Shown: positions 10,338-20,449, counted from the stretch's first letter. The stretch is 64,000 bases of DNA from Treponemataceae bacterium (GCA_963678065.2 CAXXVZ010000004.1:735414-799413); one strand, 5' to 3'. Made by a program: numbers and translations. Notes: generated by a model not told the origin, from the letters alone.

Positions 10338-11327
10338 TTACTTTACGAGAATGCCCAGTTCCTCGAAGGTATCCGCTGCGTCCGTGTTGGCTTGGTCAAG
10401 GAATTTGATGAACTCAGGCTGGTCGAGGTAGGCGGGGGTCCAGGCGTTCTGTTCCATAAGCTTGGCCCAGGTCGCGCTCTTGGAGAGCTTGGCGAGAGCG
10501 TCTCTCCAGAAGGCCACTGCGTAGTCGGGCATGCCGGGGGCTCCGAAGAGTCCACGCCAGTTATAGAAGGCGACGTCGACGCCGGCTTCCTTGCAGGTCG
10601 GGTAAGTCTTCACGATTCCAGTGCCGAAGCGCTCGGGAGCGGTGGTCGCGAGAATCTTGAGATCGCCGGATTCGACGAGACCGCGGAGTTCGCCGACACC
10701 CGCGGAGAACACGTCGATGAAACCGCCCATGAGCTGGGTGGAACCGGAGTTGTCCTGGAAAGCGATGTACTGGATTTTCTTGAGATCCTTGATTCCGTAG
10801 GCCTTGGCCACTTCGAGGAACTGGAGGTGGTCCATGGAGCCGGCCGCGGAGGTTCCTCCGATCTTGACGCTTGTGGGGTCTTTCTTGAGGGCTTCAAGGA
10901 CGTCCTTGAGGCTGGTGTACTTGGATTTCTTGCCAATGTAGAAAGCGCCATAGTCGGTGATGAGGCGGGCGAGAGGTGTGAGGTTCTTGTAGCCGAACTG
11001 GGAGGTTCCGTTCAGCTTGATGTAGAGAAGGGGGGGAGAATAGATAACGATGTTGTCGTCGGATTTCTTCTGTCCCTGGAGAAAGGCGAGGGCGACAGCG
11101 CCGCCGCCGCCGGTGCGGTTCTCGACAGGCATGGCGACCGGTACGATCTTGTCATCCTGGAGAGCTTTTGCCGCCATGCGGATGGTGGTGTCCCAGCCGC
11201 CACCGGCGCCGGCAGGGGCGATAAAAGTTATAGGCTTGGAAGGATAGTTTTTCGCCTGGGCGAAAACCGGGAGAGTGATCGCGAGGGCGCTGATGAGCAC
11301 GAGCGCGAGAACGATGATACGTTTCAT
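10338..11327 (-). CDS. tctC: Tripartite tricarboxylate transporter substrate-binding protein
   Basis: Signal peptide; YPSKPITFIAPAGAGGGWD, ENRTGGGG, NWRGLF. Confidence 0.95.
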   Translation of the reverse strand: MKRIIVLALVLISALAITLPVFAQAKNYPSKPITFIAPAGAGGGWDTTIRMAAKALQDDKIVPVAMPVENRTGGGGAVALAFLQGQKKSDDNIVIYSPPLLYIKLNGTSQFGYKNLTPLARLITDYGAFYIGKKSKYTSLKDVLEALKKDPTSVKIGGTSAAGSMDHLQFLEVAKAYGIKDLKKIQYIAFQDNSGSTQLMGGFIDVFSAGVGELRGLVESGDLKILATTAPERFGTGIVKTYPTCKEAGVDVAFYNWRGLFGAPGMPDYAVAFWRDALAKLSKSATWAKLMEQNAWTPAYLDQPEFIKFLDQANTDAADTFEELGILVK

Positions 11328-11404
11328 GTCGTATCTCCTCCTGTTTGGAAAATCTGATAAAAGGCAGTCGTCCGCTCACAAGTCGGACTCCGCCTGAGTT
11401 CCCT

Positions 11405-12016
11405 CTACGAAGCGACGGCTTCCGGAACGAATCCGGCCCGGCGCAGGATGCCAAGAAACGCCCCGGCTACCTCGTCGGCCGGATGGACACGCCGTCCGGA
11501 GCAAACTGCCGCCGAACCACCGCACACGACACAGGTGCGATCAGCGAGGTCCAGCGCGGCGCGGCCGATAGTGCCGGACGGACCTTCGACGTCGAAATCC
11601 CAGAGCCTTCCGAAGGGCAGCTCTTCCTCGAGCGTGACACAGAGGTATTTCACGCGCTCGGGCCGCGCCGCCGAGGAGCGCAGAAGCCAGAGTGTCCAAG
11701 GCCCCAGAACTGTCCGGGCCGAGGCGACACGGACCGGGTTCCAGCCCATCGCCGCCACGGCTATTTCGAAGCGCCGCTCACCTTCCGCAAAAATGGCAAG
11801 AAAGTCCGGTGTGGATCGCAGGGAGGCAGGCGCGACTGGAGAGAGCTGGACGAGGACTCCCGCGCTTGTGTCGGTGGCGCCGCGAAGGCATTCGTCAGAG
11901 GACAGGCCGACTGCCTGCCGGGGAGCAGGAACCCGCGCAAGGACATCGCGTCTGACCGCAGTCCTTCTCTCGCGCTCTGCGAGGACCTCGTCCAGCGTGG
12001 GCTGCGGGACAATCAC
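11405..12016 (-). CDS. citX: Citrate lyase holo-ACP synthase
   Basis: TLDEVLAERERR, GRLWDFDV, RTCVVCG...CSGRRVH; GTG start overlapping citF stop. Confidence 0.85.
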   Translation of the reverse strand: MIVPQPTLDEVLAERERRTAVRRDVLARVPAPRQAVGLSSDECLRGATDTSAGVLVQLSPVAPASLRSTPDFLAIFAEGERRFEIAVAAMGWNPVRVASARTVLGPWTLWLLRSSAARPERVKYLCVTLEEELPFGRLWDFDVEGPSGTIGRAALDLADRTCVVCGGSAAVCSGRRVHPADEVAGAFLGILRRAGFVPEAVAS

Positions 12017-13572
12017 CTCTGCCCTCCGCAAGGACGCCTGATCACGTCGAGAAGGGTGCCGTCGCGGTATTCGACGACGCCGACGATTCTCTCGTCGAAC
12101 TCGAGTGGCGTTGGCACTCCCGTGTACGACTCAGCCAGCTTTTTCAGATCGACGATATCGCGAACCGGGAGCCGGGCACGGGCGAGCGCATCGGCGAGGT
12201 CGGGTCTGCGCGGATTGACGGCGATGCCGCGGTCGGTGACGAGGAGATCGATGCTCTCGCCGGGTGTTATCACGGTGGTGACGCGGTCCATGACAGTGGG
12301 CAGGCGCCCGCGCAACAGAGGCGCGACGACGACGGTGAGACCAGCGCCGGCCGCTGTGTCCGAGTGACCGCCTGAAGCGCCGCGGATGACCCCGTCGGAG
12401 CCAGTTATAACATTGCAGTTGAAGTCGACATCCATTTCCATTGCGGAGAGAATGACAACGTCGAGATTCTCTACAAACGCTCCCTTTTTCATGGGGTTGG
12501 CGTACTGGGAAGCGTCGATCTCGCGGTGACCGAGATTGGTGGCGAGAGAGCGTGCGGCTTCCCCGTCGAAGCTCTGAGTGTCAAGGAGGATGGGCACAAG
12601 GCCCTCTTCGAGGAGGCGCACGAGCTGGCTCGTAATGCCACCGAGGGCGAAGGAGGCTTTGACGGAGCGCTCGACCATGATATCCCGGATGTAGCGGATC
12701 GCGGCGAGAGAAGCTCCGCCAGACCCCGACTGGAGGGAGAATCCGTTCTTGATGATGCCGGCGGCGTCGATGGCCCGTGCGGCGGTCTGCGCGATGAGAA
12801 GTTCCCGGGGATCGCGGGTCATGCGGGTCGCGCCGCGCGAGATGCCGGCAGGGTCGCCGACGGAGTCGACTTTGATAATGGCGTCGACCTCATCCTGGCG
12901 GATACTGACCGGGAAGGCGGGATGCCGGATGATTTCTTCCGTGAGGAGGATGACGCGGGAAGCGTTGCGCGCGTCGACCATCGCGTAGCCGAGAGAGCCG
13001 CAGAGGGAGGGCCCGCGCGAACCAGTGGCGTTACCCCAGGGATCGCAAGAAGGCACGCCGAGGAAGGCGACATCAATGTGGAACTCGCCGCCTTCGAGGG
13101 CGCGGGCGCGTCCGCCGTGCGAGTGGATGAGGACGGGCGTGTCCATGAGGCCGCCGGAGATGGCGTCGGCGAGGGGACCTCGAAGGCCGCTCGTGCGGAT
13201 CTCGCGGATAAGGCCGCTCTTGATGTGGCCGACCAATGGGGCGTGACAGGTCGTGAGGGAACTCGGCGCAAGGACGAGATCGCGCAGGCCCCGGCGCGCA
13301 AGAGCGTCGAGAATGAGGTTGACGACGCGGTCGCCCTCGCGGAAATGGTGGTGGAAGGAGATTGTCATGCCCGATTCGACTCCTGCCACATCGAGGGCGG
13401 TGTCGAGGGTCGCGCAGATCTTGGCATCGCTCCGGCGGGAAGAACCCTTCGGCTGGATCCTCGGCGAGCGGGCCGAGCTTCCCTCGTAAAGAAGGGAGCC
13501 GGCTGCGCCGGTCATGTCGGAAAAGCCGGGTATGTTCGTCGGTATGTCGCGCCCAATGCTGTTAAGCGCCAT
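12013..13572 (-). CDS. citF: Citrate lyase alpha subunit (ACP transferase)
   Basis: TISFHHHFREGD, HSHGGR, CGSLGYA, QSGSGG, GASGGHSDTA, EYRDG; start MALNSIGR after SD GGAGG. Confidence 0.96.
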   Translation of the reverse strand: MALNSIGRDIPTNIPGFSDMTGAAGSLLYEGSSARSPRIQPKGSSRRSDAKICATLDTALDVAGVESGMTISFHHHFREGDRVVNLILDALARRGLRDLVLAPSSLTTCHAPLVGHIKSGLIREIRTSGLRGPLADAISGGLMDTPVLIHSHGGRARALEGGEFHIDVAFLGVPSCDPWGNATGSRGPSLCGSLGYAMVDARNASRVILLTEEIIRHPAFPVSIRQDEVDAIIKVDSVGDPAGISRGATRMTRDPRELLIAQTAARAIDAAGIIKNGFSLQSGSGGASLAAIRYIRDIMVERSVKASFALGGITSQLVRLLEEGLVPILLDTQSFDGEAARSLATNLGHREIDASQYANPMKKGAFVENLDVVILSAMEMDVDFNCNVITGSDGVIRGASGGHSDTAAGAGLTVVVAPLLRGRLPTVMDRVTTVITPGESIDLLVTDRGIAVNPRRPDLADALARARLPVRDIVDLKKLAESYTGVPTPLEFDERIVGVVEYRDGTLLDVIRRPCGGQR

Positions 13573-13573
13573 G

Positions 13574-14569
13574 TCAGGCCTCCCCGCCACGCGATGTTTC
13601 TGTGGATTCAGGTTTGCCGGCGAATGCCGGAGCGCCGGCCGAAACTTTGACAGAAGCGACCGCCGGGGAATTTGCCGGGGAGCCCGAATCGACACCAGCG
13701 GCCGCCGCGAGGGCGAGAACTCTCTGCGCGCGCTCGACGATGGGCTTGTCGATCATGCGGCCATCGAGGGAGACGACTCCGGAACCCTTCTCTTCGGCTT
13801 CGCGGGCCGCTTGGATGACGCGGCGCGAGCGCGCGATCTCCTCGGGAGCGGGCGCGTAGACGCCGTGGACGAGGGCTATCTGCGAGGGGTGGATGACAGA
13901 CTTGCCGTCGAACCCGAGCTGTTTGGCGAGCCTGACTTCCCGCAGGAAACCTTCCTCATCGTTCACGTTGGAGAAGACGGTATCGAAAGCCATGATGCCG
14001 GCGGCACGTGCGGCCATGACGAGGATGCTCCGTGCGGCGAGGATTTCGATGCCTTCGGGACTGCGGGTCGTGTGCATGTCGGTGACAAAGTCTTCGGCGC
14101 CGATGGCGATTCCTATGAGCCGCGCGCTCGCCTGAGCGATCTCGCGGGCGTTGAGGATTCCGCGCGCCGATTCGATCGCGGCGAGAAGACCCACAGAGCC
14201 GTTCGGCCGCCCACAGCGTTTCTCGGCCGCATCAATCGCGCGTTCCGCCTGAATGACGTCCGCGGCGGAATCGGTCTTGGGCAGACGGATGATGTCGACT
14301 CCGGCGGCGACCACGGCGACGATGTCTTCGATCCCATGAGGACCATCCAAGGCATTCACCCGAACGACGCGTTCGGTACCGAAATAGTCGATACTCTTGA
14401 TGGTCTGGAATACGAGGGCCCGGGCCGTATCCTTCTCGCGAGGGGAGACAGCGTCCTCGAGATCGAACATCACTGAATCCGATCCGTAGATATGAGCGTC
14501 GCGGAGCATGGCCGGATTGTTGCCCGGGACGTAGAGCATGGTGCGTCTGAGTCTCTGTCGTATCATCAC
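13574..14569 (-). CDS. citE: Citrate lyase beta subunit (citryl-ACP lyase)
   Basis: RLRRTMLYVPGNNP, FDLEDAV, GAEDF, GFDGKSVIHPSQI. Confidence 0.96.
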   Translation of the reverse strand: MMIRQRLRRTMLYVPGNNPAMLRDAHIYGSDSVMFDLEDAVSPREKDTARALVFQTIKSIDYFGTERVVRVNALDGPHGIEDIVAVVAAGVDIIRLPKTDSAADVIQAERAIDAAEKRCGRPNGSVGLLAAIESARGILNAREIAQASARLIGIAIGAEDFVTDMHTTRSPEGIEILAARSILVMAARAAGIMAFDTVFSNVNDEEGFLREVRLAKQLGFDGKSVIHPSQIALVHGVYAPAPEEIARSRRVIQAAREAEEKGSGVVSLDGRMIDKPIVERAQRVLALAAAAGVDSGSPANSPAVASVKVSAGAPAFAGKPESTETSRGGEA

Positions 14570-14913
14570 GGCATAGCCTCCCAAGGAATCGAGGATGCCG
14601 GTCCCGGCGAGACAGCGTTCGCTGCGCCTCGCGAGGAATCCGAACCTGCCGGAGCCGAGGCGCGCAGGCAGGCGGCGGCAAGCCGCGCCTTGATCGTGCA
14701 GTCGAGAGCTCCTTTTTCCTGGAGCCGGACGGTCGCAGCCTCGATGCCGAGAGCCGACAATGTCGCAAGCACTTCCGAGCGTATTTCGTCGCCGTAGCGG
14801 GCGATAGAGGGCCCCGCAAGATCGAGAGTGATGCCGGATGCAGCGGAGTCCACCACGACGAGGGCGTCTCCCGATTCAGCCGTTCCGGCGCTTCCGCTTC
14901 CTGATATTTTCAT
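14566..14913 (-). CDS. citD: Citrate lyase gamma subunit (acyl carrier protein)
   Basis: AGTAESGD (prosthetic-group Ser), KGALDCTIKAR. Confidence 0.93.
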   Translation of the reverse strand: MKISGSGSAGTAESGDALVVVDSAASGITLDLAGPSIARYGDEIRSEVLATLSALGIEAATVRLQEKGALDCTIKARLAAACLRASAPAGSDSSRGAANAVSPGPASSIPWEAMP

Positions 14914-14949
14914 GCGTTTTCCTTCACTACAACCCGGGATTCCGCGCCG

Positions 14950-16008
14950 TCAGTGGCGGGAAGAACCGTTCCGGAGGCGTTCAATGACGGGTTTTGCTTC
15001 GGCTGAAGAGAGCCATTCCCACGTAGTTCGCGGTACCAGATCGCGGACCTTGCGCAGATCGGCTTCGCCCCCTGCGGACCGAAGAATATCTCTGACGGTG
15101 GAGGCGCTCACCGCTTTCCCTCCCGACTCCAGGCGTGGCACTTCGACGACTTCGATGCCATTGCGGGGCAGGACTTCCTTCATCACGGCATTGTAGGCAG
15201 AGGTCACCTCGCAGTACGGTTCGGTCCCGACGAAGCGCTTTTTAATCCCGAGGGCTGGAGCGATGTGTCGTGCAAAGAGTTCGAGGTCGAGGCGGGCTTG
15301 TATCGTCGTCGCCCTGCTCTTTTCTTTCAGGTAATACGAGGGAAAAGTGGCCCCTGAGATACAGTAGGATGATCCCGAGACGACTGTCGCGTTCGCGAGG
15401 TCGGCTGTCCCGGCGGCGACGAGAGACTCGCGTACAACCTCGGGAAAGGCCGAACGTTCGCCGGCAAGCACGAAGATGACGAGATTTGCGGATGCGTCGG
15501 AGGCTTTTTCGATGAGGTAGCGGTGACCCAGCGTGAAGGGGTTGCAGTTGACGACGACTGCGCCATCGGCCTTTCCTCCCGGTATGCGCTTGCGGACACT
15601 GTCCAGAAAGGATGCGACTCCGCGCGGACTGTTCTCCATCAGGATCGTATCCGCCCCCGAGGACGCGAGGAGGCGGAAGCCCATGCGGGAAAAAAGATAT
15701 TCGTTTGAAGGCCTCGTGTAGACGAAGAGGTGGAAACGCTTCAGGGAAGCCGCTGCGGCGACGAGGTGACTGACAATACGATTGGCGAGTCCTTCTCCGT
15801 CGCGGTCGGGCAGGACGCCGATGCATTTCAGGATATCGCCTGAGAGGGATCCTGTGGCGACGATCCTGTCGTCTTCCTCGATGATCGCGCAGAGTTCGAC
15901 ATCTTCTTCGAGTTCGAGATCCAAGCCCGCGAGGAATTCCGTGACGGGTCTCCGCTCTGCGGGAGAGGGGCGCTCGATGATTCTGAGTGAAGTCCGGTAT
16001 TCATCCAC
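14950..16008 (-). CDS. citC: [Citrate (pro-3S)-lyase] ligase
   Basis: VVNCNPFTLGHRYL, ISGATFPSYYLK, RFVGTEP, VSASTVR; N-terminal GNAT-like part. Confidence 0.95.
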   Translation of the reverse strand: MDEYRTSLRIIERPSPAERRPVTEFLAGLDLELEEDVELCAIIEEDDRIVATGSLSGDILKCIGVLPDRDGEGLANRIVSHLVAAAASLKRFHLFVYTRPSNEYLFSRMGFRLLASSGADTILMENSPRGVASFLDSVRKRIPGGKADGAVVVNCNPFTLGHRYLIEKASDASANLVIFVLAGERSAFPEVVRESLVAAGTADLANATVVSGSSYCISGATFPSYYLKEKSRATTIQARLDLELFARHIAPALGIKKRFVGTEPYCEVTSAYNAVMKEVLPRNGIEVVEVPRLESGGKAVSASTVRDILRSAGGEADLRKVRDLVPRTTWEWLSSAEAKPVIERLRNGSSRH

Positions 16009-16215
16009 GTTGGCATAATTGTCGTACGAAACGGAAACACGCTGTCGGACTGATCCGGATTGTTTTGTAGGAATGACAGGGAATTACCTGTAAGGCTTTG
16101 TCCTACAATACAATTTGAGTGAGGAAGGGAACTTGACGGCTTTAGAAAATGGGGTAACACTGCCACTGTTTGCATTCCGGAGGCTGAACGCCTTCATCGC
16201 CGGAAGGGGATTTCA

Positions 16216-17160
16216 ATGTCGGATAATTTCGAAAAAATGGGACGCATGCTCGAAGCCATGCGTGGAGTAATAGTCGGCAAGGACGATGTGATGGAATTGC
16301 TGCTCACAGCCTTGCTGGCGGAGGGGCATGTACTGCTCGAAGACGTGCCGGGCCTGGGAAAAACCCTGATGGCCAGGACTCTCGCCAAAGTCTCAGGCGG
16401 TTCCTTCCACCGCGTGCAGTTCACCCCCGATCTTCTGCCCTCTGACATCACCGGGTTCAGCATCTACGACCAGATCAAGGGAGAATTCCGCTTCCAGGCA
16501 GGGCCGGTAATGACAAATGTCTTTCTCGCCGACGAGATAAACCGCACCATACCCAGAACCCAGTCGAGTCTCCTGGAAAGCATGGGAGAGGGGCAGATCA
16601 CGGTCGACGGAGTCACCAGGGTGTTGCCTCGCCCCTTCTTTGTCATCGCGACCCAGAATCCCATCGAACTCGAAGGAACCTTCCCGCTTCCGGAAGCGCA
16701 GCTCGACCGCTTTCTCATGAAAATAGGCCTTGGCTATCCGAGCATGATCGAAGAGCTGCTCATCCTCGACCGTTTCCGTTCGAAAGATCCTCTCGACGAA
16801 CTGTGCGCCGTGGTATCGCCACAGGAGGTCGCCGAACTGCAGAGCATGCGCAGGGAGATAACGATTTCGCTTCCGGTCAGAGAGTACATAGCCAGGCTCG
16901 TGCAGGCGACGCGCACGGACCCGCGTGTCAGATACGGTTCCAGTCCCCGCGGCTCGCTCGCGCTCATGCGCGCATCCCAGGCTCTCGCGGCATTGCGCGG
17001 ACGCGATTTCGTCCTGCCCGACGACGTGAAGGAACTGGCCGTTCCCGTCCTCGGACACCGGATAATCCTGAAACCCGAGGAAAGGCTCAGGGGAATGAAC
17101 TCGACGACCATCGTCGCCGGAATCGTCGCTTCGACCCGGATTCAGCCCGAACTAGGATGA
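16216..17160 (+). CDS. moxR: MoxR-family AAA+ ATPase
   Basis: LLEDVPGLGKT, RVQFTPDLLPSD, LADEINR, LPEAQLDRF. Confidence 0.95.
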   Translation: MSDNFEKMGRMLEAMRGVIVGKDDVMELLLTALLAEGHVLLEDVPGLGKTLMARTLAKVSGGSFHRVQFTPDLLPSDITGFSIYDQIKGEFRFQAGPVMTNVFLADEINRTIPRTQSSLLESMGEGQITVDGVTRVLPRPFFVIATQNPIELEGTFPLPEAQLDRFLMKIGLGYPSMIEELLILDRFRSKDPLDELCAVVSPQEVAELQSMRREITISLPVREYIARLVQATRTDPRVRYGSSPRGSLALMRASQALAALRGRDFVLPDDVKELAVPVLGHRIILKPEERLRGMNSTTIVAGIVASTRIQPELG

Positions 17161-18473
17161 AACCAGGTCGCCCCGTCTCGATCAACTACACAATCATCTC
17201 GGTCGGGGTCGTCCAGGTTTTTGCCTTCGCGATTCTGGCGCTCGCCCTCGTCTACAATCAAACGGCCCTCATGGCTCTCTGCCTGTTTTCGCTCATCATG
17301 GTCCAGGGTGCCCGACTCTGGACAGCGATGAGCGGAAAGCGTCTGCATGCCACATTTGAGCTCGACCGGTCCCGCATTTTCCCCGGCGAAGAAGTGAACT
17401 TCGAACTTTCGCTCGAGAATGAAAAGCCCTTGCCGATCCTCGCGAGGGCGATCGTCAATCTGCCGATACGGCCCGGATCGACACAGGCAGGATCGACACA
17501 GGCAGGATCGACGCTGGTTGGACCGACAACAGCCACTTCGACACCGGTCGGAGCGCTGGCACAGCCTGAATTGGAATGCGGACTTTCAGCCTACCAGCGG
17601 GCGAGCCGGAAATTCCTGATGATGCCCGAACGGCGGGGTTGCTACGAAATTGACCATATCAGGGTGGAAACCGGGGACCTTCTGGGCCTCTTCCGCTGCA
17701 CGGTCGAAATCCCGAATAAAACCAGCCTGATAGTCTTCCCGCGAATTGTGCCGCTCAATCCCGTGGAATTCCCCGCCTTGGAATTTTTCGGAAGCACAGT
17801 CGTGAAGGCACCGGTCGTGGATCCTGCGTATTATCTCGGAACACGGGACTACTCGGGAGACCGCCCCGCAAGGCACATCCACTGGAAGGCCAGCGCGCGG
17901 CAGAGCGTTCTGCAGGAAAAGATTTTCGAACCGACGGCACAGCGCGCCGTCTGCCTCGTCGTCGACGCGAGGGGATTCGAACGGGCGCATGCAGAGCGAA
18001 TGGAGCAGGCAACGGGAACGGCAGGGACACCGGATGTGCCTGAAGCGTATGAGCGGATGCTGGAAACGGCGGCTTCGCTGGCGGGGTATTTCGAATCGAA
18101 CGGTGCGTCGGTCGCATTCATCAGCAACGCCGCCTCGACCGGAGGAGGTCCCCGCATGGTGAAATCGGGCAAGGGGGGGCGCAGTCTGGGCACGATCCTC
18201 GAAGCCATGGCCAGACTGGAAATGCGCTCCGACTGCGATCTGGCGGAAATACTGGACTCGGGCATGCGAATGACCAGGGCTTCGGTGGCTGTTTATCTTG
18301 GCTACGACTTCGGCGAGGGCGCCCTGACAGCCTGGCGTATATTGTCCGCAGGGCTGAGACTCCACCTGTCATTTGTCCTGTCGGACAGTTTGTCGGCTTT
18401 GCATGAATTTTCCGGATGCCCTATCTGCCGCATGGCGGATCTCCGCTACGAGGACTCGAGTTTCTATGGCTGA
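17157..18473 (+). CDS. DUF58-domain membrane protein
   Basis: N-terminal TM pair; RDYSGDRPARHIHWKASAR; ATG overlaps moxR stop. Confidence 0.85.
   Translation: MKPGRPVSINYTIISVGVVQVFAFAILALALVYNQTALMALCLFSLIMVQGARLWTAMSGKRLHATFELDRSRIFPGEEVNFELSLENEKPLPILARAIVNLPIRPGSTQAGSTQAGSTLVGPTTATSTPVGALAQPELECGLSAYQRASRKFLMMPERRGCYEIDHIRVETGDLLGLFRCTVEIPNKTSLIVFPRIVPLNPVEFPALEFFGSTVVKAPVVDPAYYLGTRDYSGDRPARHIHWKASARQSVLQEKIFEPTAQRAVCLVVDARGFERAHAERMEQATGTAGTPDVPEAYERMLETAASLAGYFESNGASVAFISNAASTGGGPRMVKSGKGGRSLGTILEAMARLEMRSDCDLAEILDSGMRMTRASVAVYLGYDFGEGALTAWRILSAGLRLHLSFVLSDSLSALHEFSGCPICRMADLRYEDSSFYG
17475..17549 (+). repeat. In-frame 15-bp tandem repeat (2 perfect + 3 degenerate copies) inside the DUF58 gene
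   Basis: ggatcgacacaggca x2, ggatcgacgctggtt, ggaccgacaacagcc, acttcgacaccggtc. Confidence 0.85.
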
Positions 18474-19827
18474 TACACCTTCCCGTTTTGCACTCAGGAG
18501 CCTCCTCACCTGTATGGAATATGCGTGGCTCTACCCGCTGTCCCTCCTTTGTTTTTCCTTCTTTCCCGAAATGTCGCGGCCCCGGCCGGCGGCTGTCATG
18601 GCGGCGATGGCGGTCACGACCATCGTCACCGGGATTCTGCGAGGCCGCGGTATTTCCCGCATACTCCTCGTCGCGATCGAAGCGCTTGTCCTCGCAGGAG
18701 ATGCTTTTATCATGCTGCGCGGATACTACACGGGCCCGGCGCTGATCCCAGCCCTTCACTCCTTCATGCAGGCCTTCGAACTGGCTCTCGTGCTCGTATG
18801 GTCGGCCGCGTTGTGGTACCGAAGCATAAAAATCGTCCGCGATTCAGCATCAGCGCTGTCGGTGGGAACCCGATTCGATACGGGAGCGGGCATGATCCTC
18901 GCGATCGCGATGCTTGGCTGGGGCATCCGTCAGCCTTTGGCCGGACTTGAAAATTACACGGCGGGCTTTTTCCTCTCGGGACTCATGGCACTCGCTTCGG
19001 TCAACCGCCGCGGAGGTGTCGAGAAAACCCACAGGCCGCTCCTGTTCGCGGTTCTGGCGAGTTTTACAGGCATCGTGTTTTCGATCTGCATCGGGATCTG
19101 GCTCTTCGCACGACCAATACTTGGCGAAGCGGCGCGCATCGGACTGGGAGCTTTCGGATCCGGTATGTCTGCCTTCCTGCCTTGGCTCGTCAATCTGCTG
19201 CGTTCCGTTTTCCGGATGAAACGCACCGCGGTCAATACAGGAACCGATGCTGATAAATCTTTCAGCAACATGGTAGCGGTCGCAATAGAGGGCAAGGAGA
19301 ACTCTGTTCTGAGGTTCATTCTCATCTGGGGATTCCGCATGGCTGTCGCCGGCTTTGTCATCCTGCTCGTTGCAAGTTTCGCGCCCCCGCTCCTGAAATG
19401 GCTCCGCACTCCATCGGGAAGGGGAGCCGCCCCGTTCCGCCTGCGTTTCTTCATGAGCAGGATCAGCGCAGGGCTGCGCCGACTCATACGACTACTGGCC
19501 CGTGCTCTGGGGTTTTCAAACAATCGGGGGGCAGGAATGGAAGGTCCGGCAGCCCGGGCCTACCTGCGCCTGGCCCGATGGGGGCGGCGCTCCCGGCTCA
19601 AGCCATCATGGTCAGAGACGCCGATCGAATTCGGCCGGAGGGTAGCGCAGGCATTCCCGGAAATCACCGCCGAGGCAACAGGTATAGCACAGGCTTTCAG
19701 CCACGAATATTATGGCGGAAAAATCGACGCAGAGGCAGTCGGACAACTCAACCGTTTCTGCGCCCGAATGGCGAGTCCGGGACTCTGGGCTCGCCGCGTA
19801 TCGCGCTGGTTCACGATCACACGATGA
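18466..19827 (+). CDS. Polytopic membrane protein with C-terminal DUF4129-like domain
   Basis: Many TM segments; AYLRL...SETPIEF...YYGG C-terminal motif; third gene of MoxR/DUF58 operon. Confidence 0.7.
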   Translation: MADTPSRFALRSLLTCMEYAWLYPLSLLCFSFFPEMSRPRPAAVMAAMAVTTIVTGILRGRGISRILLVAIEALVLAGDAFIMLRGYYTGPALIPALHSFMQAFELALVLVWSAALWYRSIKIVRDSASALSVGTRFDTGAGMILAIAMLGWGIRQPLAGLENYTAGFFLSGLMALASVNRRGGVEKTHRPLLFAVLASFTGIVFSICIGIWLFARPILGEAARIGLGAFGSGMSAFLPWLVNLLRSVFRMKRTAVNTGTDADKSFSNMVAVAIEGKENSVLRFILIWGFRMAVAGFVILLVASFAPPLLKWLRTPSGRGAAPFRLRFFMSRISAGLRRLIRLLARALGFSNNRGAGMEGPAARAYLRLARWGRRSRLKPSWSETPIEFGRRVAQAFPEITAEATGIAQAFSHEYYGGKIDAEAVGQLNRFCARMASPGLWARRVSRWFTITR

Positions 19828-20449
19828 GCTTGTGGCGGTATGCGTACTGCGTTAGCTGGGCATTGTTGGCGAGTCCCATTTTCTCGAGGATTCGCGAGCG
19901 GTACGTGCTGACTGTCTTGACGCTGAGACCCATTTTTTCAGCGGCGCTGCCCACGGTCCCGCCCGCGGCGAGGAAAAGCATGACTTGCGTCTCACGCTCG
20001 GAGAGCAGGCGGTGGGGTGGCTGGCCGTCCCCGGATTTGATGCCGCTCACGAGGACTCCCGAGGCTGCCGGTGAAACATAGGTTCCGCCGCGGGCGACTA
20101 TCCTGATGGCCTCCACCAGCTCTTCGGGGGCGCTGGATTTGTTGAGACAGCCAGAGGCCCCGAGACGGAAGGCGCGCACCGCGTACTGCTCTTCGGGCTG
20201 GATCGAGAGCATGAGAATCGGAAGGTCCGGCGCGAAATCCCTGATGTCGCGCAGCACGTCCATGCCGTCCTTGCCCGGCAGGGAGATATCGAGGATCACG
20301 ACATCGTAGTGGGTCGCCTTGACGGCGTCGATCGCCGCGAATCCGTCGGCGGCCTCGTCCACGGTGCCGACATAGACCGACTCGGTGAGAAGCTGGCGCA
20401 GGCCCCGCCTGATGAGGGGATGGTCGTCGGCTACGAGTACTTTGAGCAT
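19817..20449 (-). CDS. NarL/UvrY-family response regulator
   Basis: VLVADDH, ILDISLP, LSERETQV, LSVKTVSTYRSRILEK; start re-called at ATG 20449. Confidence 0.93.
   Translation of the reverse strand: MLKVLVADDHPLIRRGLRQLLTESVYVGTVDEAADGFAAIDAVKATHYDVVILDISLPGKDGMDVLRDIRDFAPDLPILMLSIQPEEQYAVRAFRLGASGCLNKSSAPEELVEAIRIVARGGTYVSPAASGVLVSGIKSGDGQPPHRLLSERETQVMLFLAAGGTVGSAAEKMGLSVKTVSTYRSRILEKMGLANNAQLTQYAYRHKLIV

Noticed and set aside
16011..16027. TGGCAT as a sigma54 -24 element for moxR
   Set aside because: No GC at the -12 position with correct spacing
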